This document shows positions 20,409 through 29,741 of a DNA stretch of 64,000 nt, piece by piece. The position numbers and the translations under genes are program-made. Each line of letters begins with the position of its first letter. The first letter of the stretch is position 1. The notes under the pieces are model-generated. The model was not told the DNA's origin. It searched no databases and saw only the letters and a list, made by a program, of their open reading frames with translations. This DNA is from Bacteriovoracia bacterium. GTDB taxonomy: Bacteria > Bdellovibrionota > UBA1018 > CAIPTA01. The stretch is from assembly GCA_050246755.1 (NCBI GenBank), contig JBFWVL010000001.1:1280001-1344000 (forward strand). The letters are read 5' to 3'.

Positions 20409-21706
20409 TTATAAAGGCTCCGCACACTCCTCCCGAAACGATTGCGGAGTCAGTCGCCGAGCGCGCGGCAATTCTAAACGCCGTCGAGGGAAAAGATTTT
20501 TTGTTGTTGCCGGTGGAAGATCCCATAGAAGCCATCACTTGGGCTGTCGCCTCTTTTTATTCTCCGCTAGCGGTTGTGCCGATTTCCGCCAGACTTCCAC
20601 ACGTGGCTCTTGAGCGGCTCCTCGCTCAGCTTCCAGCCGAAAAAATGATTCATTTGGCTAACCTACCAAAAGCCGCAAGGAAAATCCCGCTCGCCGAAAA
20701 ATCGCGCGAGCGCATTTGGGCGGTTCTCTTTAGTTCCGGATCCTCGGGCGAACAAAAAGGAATCGCTCTGAGCGGAAATGCGCTTGAAGCCAGCGCCCGG
20801 GCGCACGCGGCCCATTTGGAAATGCAATCCGGGAACTGGCTGCTTAATCTTCCGCTGTTTCACGTTGGCGGGTTCAGCGTGGTAAGCCGCTCCTTCTTTC
20901 TTGGTACCGGAATGGCGATAGGCTCGCCGAAATTTTCTGCCGAGGAAACGCGGGCATGGATAGAGAGCGGAGAAATTTCCGGGCTTTCCTTAGTTCCCAC
21001 CACGCTGCGGCGCCTGCTTGCGCTGCCAGATTTGCCTTTTCCGAAAAGCTTAAAAACCATTCTCGTGGGTGGAGCTCCGCTGCCCGATGAGCTTTTTACT
21101 CTGGCGCAGGCCCGGAATTTTCCCGTGCAAGCGACCTATGGAATGACGGAACACGCTTCCCAGATCGCTACCGCGAAGTGGCCGGGCAGTGGGCTTATTC
21201 CTCTTCCGGGAGTGAATATTTCTGTGGATAAGGCATCGGAAATTCTCGTTAGGTCGCCTTGCCTGGCTTCTGGTTTTTTTTCCGCCGGCCAGATTCAACC
21301 ACTGCCCCTCGAGGGCGGATTTTTCCGCACCGGCGACCTCGGTACCTTCGACGGGACCGCACTCGCAGTGCATGGCAGAAAATCGGACCTAATCCTTTCT
21401 GGCGGACTAAATATATTTCCGGCAGAAATCGAGAAAGAACTAGCCCAGTTTCCAGGCCTATCCGATTTTGCCGTAACCGGCTTGCCCGATACGGAGTGGG
21501 GTGAAGTGGCCTGTGCCGCCTATGTTTGCCTCGACCGAAAGCTGGATACACGGGAGTTACGGGCCTTTTTACAGGAGCGCCTAGATGCAAGAAAGGTCCC
21601 TAAGCACTTTGTCTCCCTCGACTACATACCCCGCTCTTCGCTGGGAAAGGTGATTAGAACGGAGCTGAAAGAACGTCTTCAGAAGAAGATTCTCGCCGTG
21701 GAATAA
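20399..21706 (+). CDS. menE: o-succinylbenzoate-CoA ligase
   Basis: FSSGSSGEQKG, LPLFHVGG, TYGMTE, TGDLG, GRKSDLILSGG AMP-binding motifs. Confidence 0.9.
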   Translation: MPLIIKAPHTPPETIAESVAERAAILNAVEGKDFLLLPVEDPIEAITWAVASFYSPLAVVPISARLPHVALERLLAQLPAEKMIHLANLPKAARKIPLAEKSRERIWAVLFSSGSSGEQKGIALSGNALEASARAHAAHLEMQSGNWLLNLPLFHVGGFSVVSRSFFLGTGMAIGSPKFSAEETRAWIESGEISGLSLVPTTLRRLLALPDLPFPKSLKTILVGGAPLPDELFTLAQARNFPVQATYGMTEHASQIATAKWPGSGLIPLPGVNISVDKASEILVRSPCLASGFFSAGQIQPLPLEGGFFRTGDLGTFDGTALAVHGRKSDLILSGGLNIFPAEIEKELAQFPGLSDFAVTGLPDTEWGEVACAAYVCLDRKLDTRELRAFLQERLDARKVPKHFVSLDYIPRSSLGKVIRTELKERLQKKILAVE

Positions 21707-22243
21707 ATGTCCTATCATGGACGTATGAATAAACCCTGGGCGCGCGGTCTAGTTAGCGCATTTCTAATTTTTCATTTAGTGGGAGTTTTCACCGCCCCCA
21801 ATCCTTACTCTTACTTAAGTCAATCTATTGCCCCCGTCTATCGCCCATACATGAATTTTTTCGGGCTCGCACACACTTGGGGATTCTTCGCGCCCGAGCC
21901 AATTTCCCCGCCACTTTATATCGACTACACGCTCGAAATGAAAAATGGACTCGCGGTAAGCGGTCGTTTTCCCGATGAAACCAACCCATTCTTTTTCCGT
22001 GATCGCCACAATCGCCGGATGAGCATGAGCCGCTTTATCGCCTCCACCGACGAAAATATACGCAATATGTTTGTGCGCTATTTATGCCGGCAGCACCCAG
22101 GCATGACGTCTGGAAAGCTTTGGCGCGTCGTGGGTTCACAACCTTCGCTGGAGATGGTGCAAAAAGGGGAAAGGCGGATGACCGATCCCGTAGAATTTAA
22201 GATCGACGTCTTGGGAACTTACTATTGCCCGGAGGACTTATGA
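21707..22243 (+). CDS. Membrane-anchored protein, SdpA/DUF5819-like partner of HTTM protein
   Basis: N-terminal TM, YMNFFGLAHTWGFFAPEP motif; starts immediately after menE stop. Confidence 0.55.
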   Translation: MSYHGRMNKPWARGLVSAFLIFHLVGVFTAPNPYSYLSQSIAPVYRPYMNFFGLAHTWGFFAPEPISPPLYIDYTLEMKNGLAVSGRFPDETNPFFFRDRHNRRMSMSRFIASTDENIRNMFVRYLCRQHPGMTSGKLWRVVGSQPSLEMVQKGERRMTDPVEFKIDVLGTYYCPEDL

Positions 22244-23190
22244 TTTCTTGGCTAAGATCACAAATCCTCGCGCTAGGCACGGGCTGGAATTATTTTTGGT
22301 TCGATTCACGCTCGAATGCCCAGCTCACGTCTCTGGCTATTTTCCGTTTTTGCTTCTGCCTGGTTATGTTTTTTTTCTATTTTTCTCGCGCATTCGACGT
22401 GGAGTTCTTCTATTCCGGAACCGGAATTCTTCCGGCCTGGTACGCAAAAAATTTGCCTTTCTTTCAATACCATCCAACTATTTTTACCGATTCCAGTCCG
22501 CTTTGGCTATTGCACGGCCTGCACACCCTATTTTTAGCGTTACTGCTTTCGCAGGCCCTTGGTTTGTTCACCAGGTTTTCCGCGATCGGCACGTACGTAT
22601 TGCATATTTTATTTTTGAACCGCAACCTCAGCGCCATATTTGGCGTAGACATGATCGGCACATTTTTTCTCCTCTACCTCTGCTTTGCAAACTCGAACGC
22701 CCGCTATTCCATAGACGCCTGGCTGGGCCGGGGAAGCAAGCGACAATCGGCGGCAAGCCATATTGCATGGCGCCTCATGCAGCTGCAGGTTTGCGTCGTT
22801 TATGGATTTTCCGGGCTGGAGAAGTGCAAGGGCACCCGCTGGTGGGATGGGTCCGCACTCTGGGATATTCTTTCCATGGGAAATCTACAGCGCTGGGATA
22901 TGAGTTTCATGGCACACGCCCCAGTGCTGCTCGCCACCGGAGTGTACGTAGTTCTTTTTTGGGAAATCTACGTTCCGATATTGGTTTGGGTACCACGCTT
23001 AAGATTACCGATGCTTCTATTCGGAACCTTCATGCACTTAGGAATTTTCCTATTCATGAATTTGCCGGGCTTTGGATTTATGATGATTTCTCTTTATCTT
23101 CTTTTCTTAAAGCAGAATGAAATCGAAAGTGGCGTGGCGAACGTGAAAAATCTCGTTAATAAATATTCGTTCATTCCCAGCCGTAGTTAA
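22240..23190 (+). CDS. HTTM-domain membrane protein (vitamin K-dependent carboxylase/SdpB-like)
   Basis: SLAIFR, LGLFTR, SIDA, LMQLQVCVVYGFSGLEK...WWDGSA, FMHLGI...MNL HTTM motifs; GGAGG RBS before ATG 22240. Confidence 0.85.
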   Translation: MISWLRSQILALGTGWNYFWFDSRSNAQLTSLAIFRFCFCLVMFFFYFSRAFDVEFFYSGTGILPAWYAKNLPFFQYHPTIFTDSSPLWLLHGLHTLFLALLLSQALGLFTRFSAIGTYVLHILFLNRNLSAIFGVDMIGTFFLLYLCFANSNARYSIDAWLGRGSKRQSAASHIAWRLMQLQVCVVYGFSGLEKCKGTRWWDGSALWDILSMGNLQRWDMSFMAHAPVLLATGVYVVLFWEIYVPILVWVPRLRLPMLLFGTFMHLGIFLFMNLPGFGFMMISLYLLFLKQNEIESGVANVKNLVNKYSFIPSRS

Positions 23191-23782
23191 AACTAATACT
23201 AATGCGCGGCTCGTGGGATGCATTCATCGGCACCTCATGCCTTAACCAGCTTTCAAACAGAAGCAGCGACCCTGATTTAGGGGCAAATTCCACGAAGGTG
23301 CGGTTCGTTTTGCTTGCTCCGGCTCTCTTCGGGGGCGCCCCCATAAAACCCGGTAGCCGCGGGTCCTCGAATTTAATCGCGCTAGCCCCCTTAGGGGTGC
23401 TTACGTAAAAAGTTCCGCTGATCACGGATAAAGGATGGAGATGCAGGCCATGATGCACATTTACCGGCATGATGTTTATCCAGCAATTGGTCATGGCAAG
23501 CCTACCGCCCTGCAAATCGAATTCGAGGGCGGCGGAAAATTTTCGCACGTGCCTATCAATAATTTTTTCCAGGGCGCCGAAAGTAGGAGACACCCGATGA
23601 AGGTTGTTGGCCGACGCATAGGAAGTAAATCCATTGCGGTAATTTTTCTTAGACCAATGCACACCCGCTACGTCCAAGCCGGCTATGTCATCCACTTCGG
23701 CTAAAAGCTGCCTTCGGCGAAATGATTTTCCCGTCAGCGTTGCTTGGTAGAGAAGCGTTGGAAATAGGCGCTCGATCGACAT
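23171..23782 (-). CDS. Putative 2OG-Fe(II) oxygenase (TIGR02466 family)
   Basis: LFPT, WINIM, HGLHLHPLSVISGTFYV, FEDPR, LFESWLRHEVP, RISISFN. Confidence 0.9.
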   Translation of the reverse strand: MSIERLFPTLLYQATLTGKSFRRRQLLAEVDDIAGLDVAGVHWSKKNYRNGFTSYASANNLHRVSPTFGALEKIIDRHVRKFSAALEFDLQGGRLAMTNCWINIMPVNVHHGLHLHPLSVISGTFYVSTPKGASAIKFEDPRLPGFMGAPPKRAGASKTNRTFVEFAPKSGSLLLFESWLRHEVPMNASHEPRISISFNYGWE

Positions 23783-23783
23783 T

Positions 23784-24263
23784 TTAGTTTCGAACTAAAT
23801 CAACCGAACACGCATAACGATTGCCGTTTGATATTACGCTGCGCGAACATAGTATTTTAACCGACTCATCGGTATCGGAAAAAATTTTTGCGTCGCCGAT
23901 GCGACCAACGTATACGACCCCGCTCATAGACTCGTAAAGCGCTTTCGCGTCTCCGCCAAAAAGCATCATTTCTTCTGCATCTTCCATTTCATCCGCCTGA
24001 ACGGAAACGGAGCAGGCGGTAGCCAAAAATGAATTTTGGCGGCAGCTGATTCCAATTGGGTTTTCCTTGCCTTCAAAAATTTTCTCTCTGGCTTCGTCGG
24101 TCCCGGATAGGGGCAAGTCCAAAGCGCCGAATAGCTGCAGGGCATTGGGGCCAGACAGGATCCGGGTTACCATCTTTTTATTTCCTGCGGCCTTCGGCAT
24201 GGCTTGCGCAGCTGGCAGGGCCGAGCAGAGGGCGAAGGCTAAGAGAGAAAGCGACTTTTTCAT
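23784..24263 (-). CDS. Secreted hypothetical protein with internal two-fold repeat
   Basis: Signal peptide (…AAQA); repeated unit G..A..L(F/Y)...KIF....I.C......ACSV. Confidence 0.75.
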   Translation of the reverse strand: MKKSLSLLAFALCSALPAAQAMPKAAGNKKMVTRILSGPNALQLFGALDLPLSGTDEAREKIFEGKENPIGISCRQNSFLATACSVSVQADEMEDAEEMMLFGGDAKALYESMSGVVYVGRIGDAKIFSDTDESVKILCSRSVISNGNRYACSVDLVRN

Positions 24264-24400
24264 TTTGTCTCCGTGGGTGATTCAAAGATCTAGGCGCAAC
24301 CTAGCATACTTGATTAAAATGGTACAACATAAAATTTAATAAAAGCGCCACCTTAGCTCCACCGAGGGGACGACCAAAAAAGCCGCGTGATTTTATATAG

Positions 24401-25159
24401 TTAGCGCCAAAAAAACCCTGAGGGCAGCACGACGGCCGCTTTTTCTGAGGTTACGATTGCAGAAGGATTCTCCCATTTCAGCTCTCCACCAGTAACTGCC
24501 CTTAGCTCAAGCACGGCCGTGGAAGAAATTGGGGTGTCGGGCCGTACCACGCGCGCGCTTACTTTGCCGCGCTCCACGATGAGATGCTGATTAGTTCTCT
24601 TTTTATCCGCGTCATCATATACCTCTACCAATACACTCGCCTCTTCTTGCGACTGAATCTCCACCTCGCCAATCGGGGAGCCCCATAAAACACGGATATT
24701 CTTTCCGATTATACGCACTCGGCCAACGCTTACCGGGGTGAACCGCATAAGCTGTCCGGGCGCTCTTTCGATAACCGCGCGAATGGGATTAACAGCTTGA
24801 AATTCGAATTCATGCCCCAAAGAATCATGGCAACGTAATTTTTTGGGATTCGGCGCGGGCTCGGTTAGCCAAACGGGCCGCGCGAAAGGGAAAAAAAGAA
24901 ATGGGCTGAGCTCGAGCCGCTTAGGCGGCCACAATGCCTCGGAAAATTTTCCGGAAGAGCTGCTACAGGTGCCGGCAATCTCGTCGAAATAATGGGAAAG
25001 CCGGTTTTTCCCGTTAAACCGCTCCTGAACGATGCTGAGAGAAGAATCGATTTTGAAAAAAATACTGCGCGAACCATGACCAGGACTTGTAAACCAAAAA
25101 TACGCGGCGATACCCGCTAAAAAAAAGACACCGATCAAAGCTAAAATGATTCTTTTCAT
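24401..25159 (-). CDS. Hypothetical membrane-anchored protein
   Basis: 252-aa ORF, N-terminal MKRII + hydrophobic stretch; overlaps upstream gene. Confidence 0.65.
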   Translation of the reverse strand: MKRIILALIGVFFLAGIAAYFWFTSPGHGSRSIFFKIDSSLSIVQERFNGKNRLSHYFDEIAGTCSSSSGKFSEALWPPKRLELSPFLFFPFARPVWLTEPAPNPKKLRCHDSLGHEFEFQAVNPIRAVIERAPGQLMRFTPVSVGRVRIIGKNIRVLWGSPIGEVEIQSQEEASVLVEVYDDADKKRTNQHLIVERGKVSARVVRPDTPISSTAVLELRAVTGGELKWENPSAIVTSEKAAVVLPSGFFWR

Positions 25160-26217
25160 TTCGATATATTTTCACCACTGATGAATTCTTGTGGCGCAGT
25201 CGCATTAACTGGATTCGGCTCCGGTATTCCTGGAGAAACTTGGCTAATTTCTGGCTGGTGGATAAAGGCCTGAAAGGCCGTCGTTCCACAAAATGGAGCC
25301 TCGAATTCTCTGCCGGTAATTCGAAAGCGGGCAGGATTACTGGCGTCGGAGGAGATCGGGTAATTACGTGCGGCGCAACTCTTGAGCGCCTCGCCCTCGG
25401 CACACTTAATGGCCGTTAAAATTAAAAATGGCGAAGTTGTTTTTTTAAAAGGAATGGAAAATTCTACCGCGCCCTTACTGAAGTCTATAAATTGATAATG
25501 AATTGCCACTGCATCCAGGTCGTCCGGAAGAATTTTATCTTGGGAAACGCTGCTGGGAGGAACCTCATCGGGAGAAACCACTAACGCGAATTTACCTGCC
25601 TGGTTATTTTTTAAAAAATCGGCCGAGGGCGTAATCTTCCCGGACAATAGAACGGAGCTAGAAGAGCAATTTTCGCCACCACCATGCCTATAGAAGCGCG
25701 TTAAATACAAATTCCCGATGTCCACCGCCTCAGGCACGTTCATGCTTTCTACTTGCTCCTTCGAGAGAGCAATTCTTTTTCTGCCATTTACCTGCGGCTG
25801 AGCGAGAAGCGATCGCATTTGCTCTAGCGAAGTAGAGGCATCGAATCGGTAGGTGGCAAAAACAGTTAAATTATCTTTGATCAGGCCTCTGCTTTTAAGG
25901 TCGGCTCGCGAAAATGTTCGGCTGAACTTTATGGGAAATTTTGGCTCCGGTATCGGTAGGCTGATCAAATCCACGGGCGCATAAAGCGGACCGCTGAAAA
26001 GATGAATAACTAGCTGTCCATGGCCATTCTTGACCGCGGCTTTAAGTGGCGGCGGAACAACAATCGTGCCCGAGATCGTAAATCGATCTTTCGGACCAAT
26101 CGCCAATGCTAGATCGGCTTTTTTCGCTTCGGGTGGGACGAAAAGAAAATAGAAAAATCCGGCGATCAATACAAAGGTGGCAGCTAAACCAGAGATAAAA
26201 ATGAGAAAAATTTTCAT
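25156..26217 (-). CDS. Hypothetical membrane-anchored/exported protein
   Basis: 353-aa ORF with N-terminal TM helix; GGAG-like RBS upstream. Confidence 0.7.
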   Translation of the reverse strand: MKIFLIFISGLAATFVLIAGFFYFLFVPPEAKKADLALAIGPKDRFTISGTIVVPPPLKAAVKNGHGQLVIHLFSGPLYAPVDLISLPIPEPKFPIKFSRTFSRADLKSRGLIKDNLTVFATYRFDASTSLEQMRSLLAQPQVNGRKRIALSKEQVESMNVPEAVDIGNLYLTRFYRHGGGENCSSSSVLLSGKITPSADFLKNNQAGKFALVVSPDEVPPSSVSQDKILPDDLDAVAIHYQFIDFSKGAVEFSIPFKKTTSPFLILTAIKCAEGEALKSCAARNYPISSDASNPARFRITGREFEAPFCGTTAFQAFIHQPEISQVSPGIPEPNPVNATAPQEFISGENISK

Positions 26218-26394
26218 AAGCCCTGCTCCCCTAACTCAGCTCTAATTATAGCTAAAACGCCTGCGTTTTCTTCGGTCAGACTGACGCATTCGTTACTACT
26301 ATTGTTTACTTTCACGGTTAGGAACAACAAGACAATCCGCATTTTAGATGGAGAATTTAGAACTTTGTTGCTTGAGGTACCGACTGCCTATAAG

Positions 26395-26419
26395 TGGCGG
26401 ATAGTTAGGAAATCCCACT
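26395..26419. repeat. Candidate att site: degenerate copy of tRNA-Ser 3' end
   Basis: TGGCGGATAGTTAGGAAATCCCACT vs TGGCGGAGAGAGAGAGATTCGAACT at 61863-61887: 17/25 identical, first 7 exact, same orientation. Confidence 0.5.
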
Positions 26420-26440
26420 AAATCACCAACTTAGATCATT

Positions 26441-26477
26441 AGTGCCCGGAGTTTGCCCGCCCCATGCGGACAAGCCC
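26441..26477. repeat. Candidate integrase arm-type sites (TGCCC repeats, 11-bp period)
   Basis: TGCCCGGA at 26443, TGCCCGCC at 26454, TGCGG at 26465; same 8-mers recur at 61729 and 61707. Confidence 0.55.
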
Positions 26478-26508
26478 CTTAGCACTACGAATAGCTCCGG
26501 TTGTTGTT

Positions 26509-27678
26509 TCAGGCACTGTGCTCCGCATTGAAAAGCTCCACGGTTCGATCAAGCACCGCCGTATCAGGCAAGAGCTTGAGGCTCGCCGTTCCGCCCTCAA
26601 TCTCAATCCCAGCAAGACGGATGTACCGCTGCATGGTCTTGATGTCTTTCCAACCTCCCATTTTCATCACAACACCAGGAGCCACGCGGTCGCGGATAAG
26701 CTGGGTCGCCCAGCAAGCCCGCAGGGTGTGAAACTTGATGCTCGGAAACCCGCAGCCATCACAGAAGGCCCGCAAGATTTTCGCCTGCTCCCCACGGCTC
26801 CAGGCAATGGGGTGAGGCAGAACGAACTTGTCGTCTCCTGTGACCGCCTTCAGCTCTTGCAGGAGCTTCAGGACTTGCGTGTTCCCGATTGGAACTGAGC
26901 GCCAGTAACGACCCTTGGTGGGGCCGATTCCCGTTTTGCTCGTCCAGTTGCGATGCACATAGATAAGGTTGTTTTCAAAATCCACTTGATCCCAGTGAAG
27001 CGCGTACAGCTCACCGGAACGCATTCCCGTGAAAAGTGCTAACGCCCAGTGATGGAACCACTCGTGCTTGATTTCGCCCGCGTACTTCAGCAAATCCCGA
27101 ATCTGTGTGAGATTCAGAATCTCCGGCATCTTCTCTTCTTCGCGGATCGAGCCTTTGAAGCCCTCCGTGGGAAACGAGACGACACCCTTTAGACGCCCAG
27201 AAAGCGTCGCCCAACGATAGACCGCATCAACCGCGATCCTTAGACGTTTGCGCCGCGATACCGAGACTGTCCGTTCAACGTGATCGAGAGTTTTCCAAGC
27301 CAGCGCACGGTCGACTTCTTTCGCGTGCAGCCGCTCCCATTCCTTGCAATGCGTTCTGATGACAATGGTGTAATCAGCAATCGTATTGGGATTGAGTTGT
27401 TTTTGGAAAATTGTCTCTGCCGCGTTGTAGCCGCTTGCGACCTTCTCCCATTCATCCACAAGGGTTGACCAGAGAAGACCTTTTTGTTCGGCCTCCAGCA
27501 ATTCGCGCTCGGCTTCAAGGAGGAGCTTTCGCTCTGCCTTTTCTGCGGCGGCCAGGGTTTTGAATCCCTTTTGCCGCTTATCAATCTCCAGCCCAACTTG
27601 GACGGAACTTGAACGCCTTGCACGGACTTTGAAAAGCTGCTCTCCGGTTTTTGAATCAATATATGAACTTACCGACAT
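26509..27678 (-). CDS. int: Tyrosine recombinase/integrase
   Basis: TGMRSGEL (R), TKG (K), FHTLR (HxxR), GGWKD...TMQRY (W, Y nucleophile). Confidence 0.95.
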   Translation of the reverse strand: MSVSSYIDSKTGEQLFKVRARRSSSVQVGLEIDKRQKGFKTLAAAEKAERKLLLEAERELLEAEQKGLLWSTLVDEWEKVASGYNAAETIFQKQLNPNTIADYTIVIRTHCKEWERLHAKEVDRALAWKTLDHVERTVSVSRRKRLRIAVDAVYRWATLSGRLKGVVSFPTEGFKGSIREEEKMPEILNLTQIRDLLKYAGEIKHEWFHHWALALFTGMRSGELYALHWDQVDFENNLIYVHRNWTSKTGIGPTKGRYWRSVPIGNTQVLKLLQELKAVTGDDKFVLPHPIAWSRGEQAKILRAFCDGCGFPSIKFHTLRACWATQLIRDRVAPGVVMKMGGWKDIKTMQRYIRLAGIEIEGGTASLKLLPDTAVLDRTVELFNAEHSA

Positions 27679-27923
27679 TTGAATCCTCCTTTGCGAGAGG
27701 ACTCAATGAGCTGCTTCAATTCGGACTTCTTAAACAACAGTCGTCCAAACGGTTTGTAGAAGGGAATCTTCCCTTGATTGACAAGGTTGCGAATCCGCTC
27801 CACACAAGGCGTTCCATCTTTGCGTAAGATACGCAAGTAAAGTGCCGCCTCGGAAGCACCCAACCAATCAGAGCCGTCAAAGCTAAGATTGATCGCCTGC
27901 TTCGGCGTGAGACTTACTTCCAT
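27669..27923 (-). CDS. Excisionase-like HTH DNA-binding protein
   Basis: WLGASEAALYL...IRNLVNQGKIPFYKPFGRLLFKKSEL; overlaps integrase start. Confidence 0.85.
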   Translation of the reverse strand: MEVSLTPKQAINLSFDGSDWLGASEAALYLRILRKDGTPCVERIRNLVNQGKIPFYKPFGRLLFKKSELKQLIESSRKGGFKCR

Positions 27924-28093
27924 AAGTCACCGCCCGTTTGAACTTCCAGAACTACTATTCGGTTGAGAAAGAGCAAATCACTCTTTTTACAGAGTGAAAA
28001 ATCAGATTTCACCATAGCAAAATCCCCGTGATTTTTCAAGAAATGAGGGGCGAGTGCGAGGCGGAAATCAGAGACGAAATTCGGACATTTTAC

Positions 28094-28513
28094 CTATGAA
28101 AATTCGTCTGCATGGGGCGTCTCAGAGTCCGCACAAATGGCTTCTGTGGATATTTCTTTCGGCGCACGAGGCTTGCGCGGTTTCTTGGGTTTTACGCTCT
28201 GCTCGTCGCTCATTAGAGCCTGTAGCGAGAGCGTTTCGCCGCGACCTTTTGCGTCTCGCACCCGTTTGAGGGCCTGCTTCAAGAATCGCTCCTGATCGAA
28301 GAACTGCGCGGCCAAGTCCGCTATCTCGCCCGCGCTCAGTTGTTCCGGCGCGTTCAGGAGATACCAGTTCAAAATGTCTTTCCTGAATAGCGAGACTCCT
28401 GCTTTGGAGTCCTGCACTTGCTTGATCCAACCATCGACGCGCTTCATGGCTTCCTCATAAAGCGTTACGCGGTCGTATTTCGGAATACGCTTCTTTTTGA
28501 TTTCTTCAGACAT
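28094..28513 (-). CDS. Hypothetical protein, possible DNA-binding accessory factor of the transfer operon
   Basis: 139-aa basic ORF coupled to upstream gene (TAATG); last gene of tra run. Confidence 0.65.
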   Translation of the reverse strand: MSEEIKKKRIPKYDRVTLYEEAMKRVDGWIKQVQDSKAGVSLFRKDILNWYLLNAPEQLSAGEIADLAAQFFDQERFLKQALKRVRDAKGRGETLSLQALMSDEQSVKPKKPRKPRAPKEISTEAICADSETPHADEFS

Positions 28514-28734
28514 TATTCAGCCCTCCACGTCGCAGGCTTTTCAATGATGTAGAGGTAATGGCCCTCTTCGTAGCGGTCAGATTCGATTTTGTCTGGAATC
28601 CATAGCGTTTTGACTTCGGCGTTCCTCAGCGATGGCGGGAGTTTCTTGTCTCCATTCGCTGCGGGTTTCTTTCCTATGGTAGAACACCCAACCAAGAGAG
28701 ATACAAATAAGGAAACTATAATCGTCTTTTTCAT
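28513..28734 (-). CDS. TraV/VirB7-like lipoprotein
   Basis: ATG at 28734 with AAGGAG RBS; lipobox LVGC; R....LWIP....EGHYLY.....W motif resembling TraV. Confidence 0.7.
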   Translation of the reverse strand: MKKTIIVSLFVSLLVGCSTIGKKPAANGDKKLPPSLRNAEVKTLWIPDKIESDRYEEGHYLYIIEKPATWRAE

Positions 28735-28832
28735 GCGGAAACTCTCCTTCGAGCTAGAACAAATAAGGATTTGGGAGCGTGAGATTTTTGTAAGGATGGG
28801 GAGTGATGCGGATTTTGATGCGGAAGGTGTAG

Positions 28833-29741
28833 TCATGCACGAAATTTTGAATTTCGGGCCGCTGAGGAAGTGCTTGAATTGAATCGCTTTAGATGGAAGT
28901 TGAGCATTTTCTCAGCGTAACCGTGGTGATGGGTTGGAGACGGCCTGGTTACGGATTGGTTACGACGAGCACTTTCTAAAAAATTATGGATGGATGATCC
29001 GGCGTTAGGGCCGAGGGCGATCACGGAAGCCCAGCCTGATTTTTTGAGATCATCGAGCAGCACGAAATTATGAATGTCTCGATAGCTGTTTGCGGTCGCC
29101 TGAAATGCGGCAATCATCGAACTTGCATGGCCCTTGCTTTGAACGATCCAGAGGACAGAGCTGATGCTTTTTTCTTCTGAGTAGAACACACCCAGAGCCT
29201 CGTATTCGTTCGCCCGCTTGCGACTGATTTCGACTTCCAGAGCTAAAAGCGTTTTGGCATTTGATTCGGGGAAATACCAAATTCCGTCTGGCTTGTGGCT
29301 TTGCAGTGGTCTTGCCCACCTGGGAAGATCGACGCCATCAATGCGACGTAACTCCTGCTCAGTCACAAAGCGAACGTCGGGGGCAGCCCCTTTTGGAATC
29401 CACTCACCATAATGGGCTGCAAGAACATGAAGGTCATGCCCGACGCTTTCGGAAGCATAGCCCACTTCCTTAAGCGTTAAGAGATTCGGCTGGATTGCTT
29501 TAAAACCCTTTGCCGTTAGCGTCCACACGCGAAAACTTCCCGAATCGTCTGAGCGAGTATCTAGGCAGCCTTTCTTTCGGAGGATCAGGAGCCGCTTGTA
29601 AGCCGTAAATTCCTTCCAGCGAAAGTCTGCCTCGAAGCGAAGAAAGATTGCCGAAGTGGAGGCAACCTTAACGCGCCAAAGGAAATGCAGGATCGGAAGC
29701 TCTGTGTTTGCCGAGAGCGAGAAAATCTTTTTCTTACTCAT
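28833..29741 (-). CDS. Replication-relaxation (MOBC-like PD-(D/E)xK) relaxase
   Basis: N-terminal wHTH (WTLTAKG), HDL, then KPDG...ALEVEISRK...Y; directly downstream of coupling ATPase. Confidence 0.7.
   Translation of the reverse strand: MSKKKIFSLSANTELPILHFLWRVKVASTSAIFLRFEADFRWKEFTAYKRLLILRKKGCLDTRSDDSGSFRVWTLTAKGFKAIQPNLLTLKEVGYASESVGHDLHVLAAHYGEWIPKGAAPDVRFVTEQELRRIDGVDLPRWARPLQSHKPDGIWYFPESNAKTLLALEVEISRKRANEYEALGVFYSEEKSISSVLWIVQSKGHASSMIAAFQATANSYRDIHNFVLLDDLKKSGWASVIALGPNAGSSIHNFLESARRNQSVTRPSPTHHHGYAEKMLNFHLKRFNSSTSSAARNSKFRA

Noticed and set aside
22248-23120. 290-aa alternative-frame ORF within the HTTM gene
   Set aside because: Fully nested, no recognisable domain; the HTTM frame has the conserved motifs and RBS.
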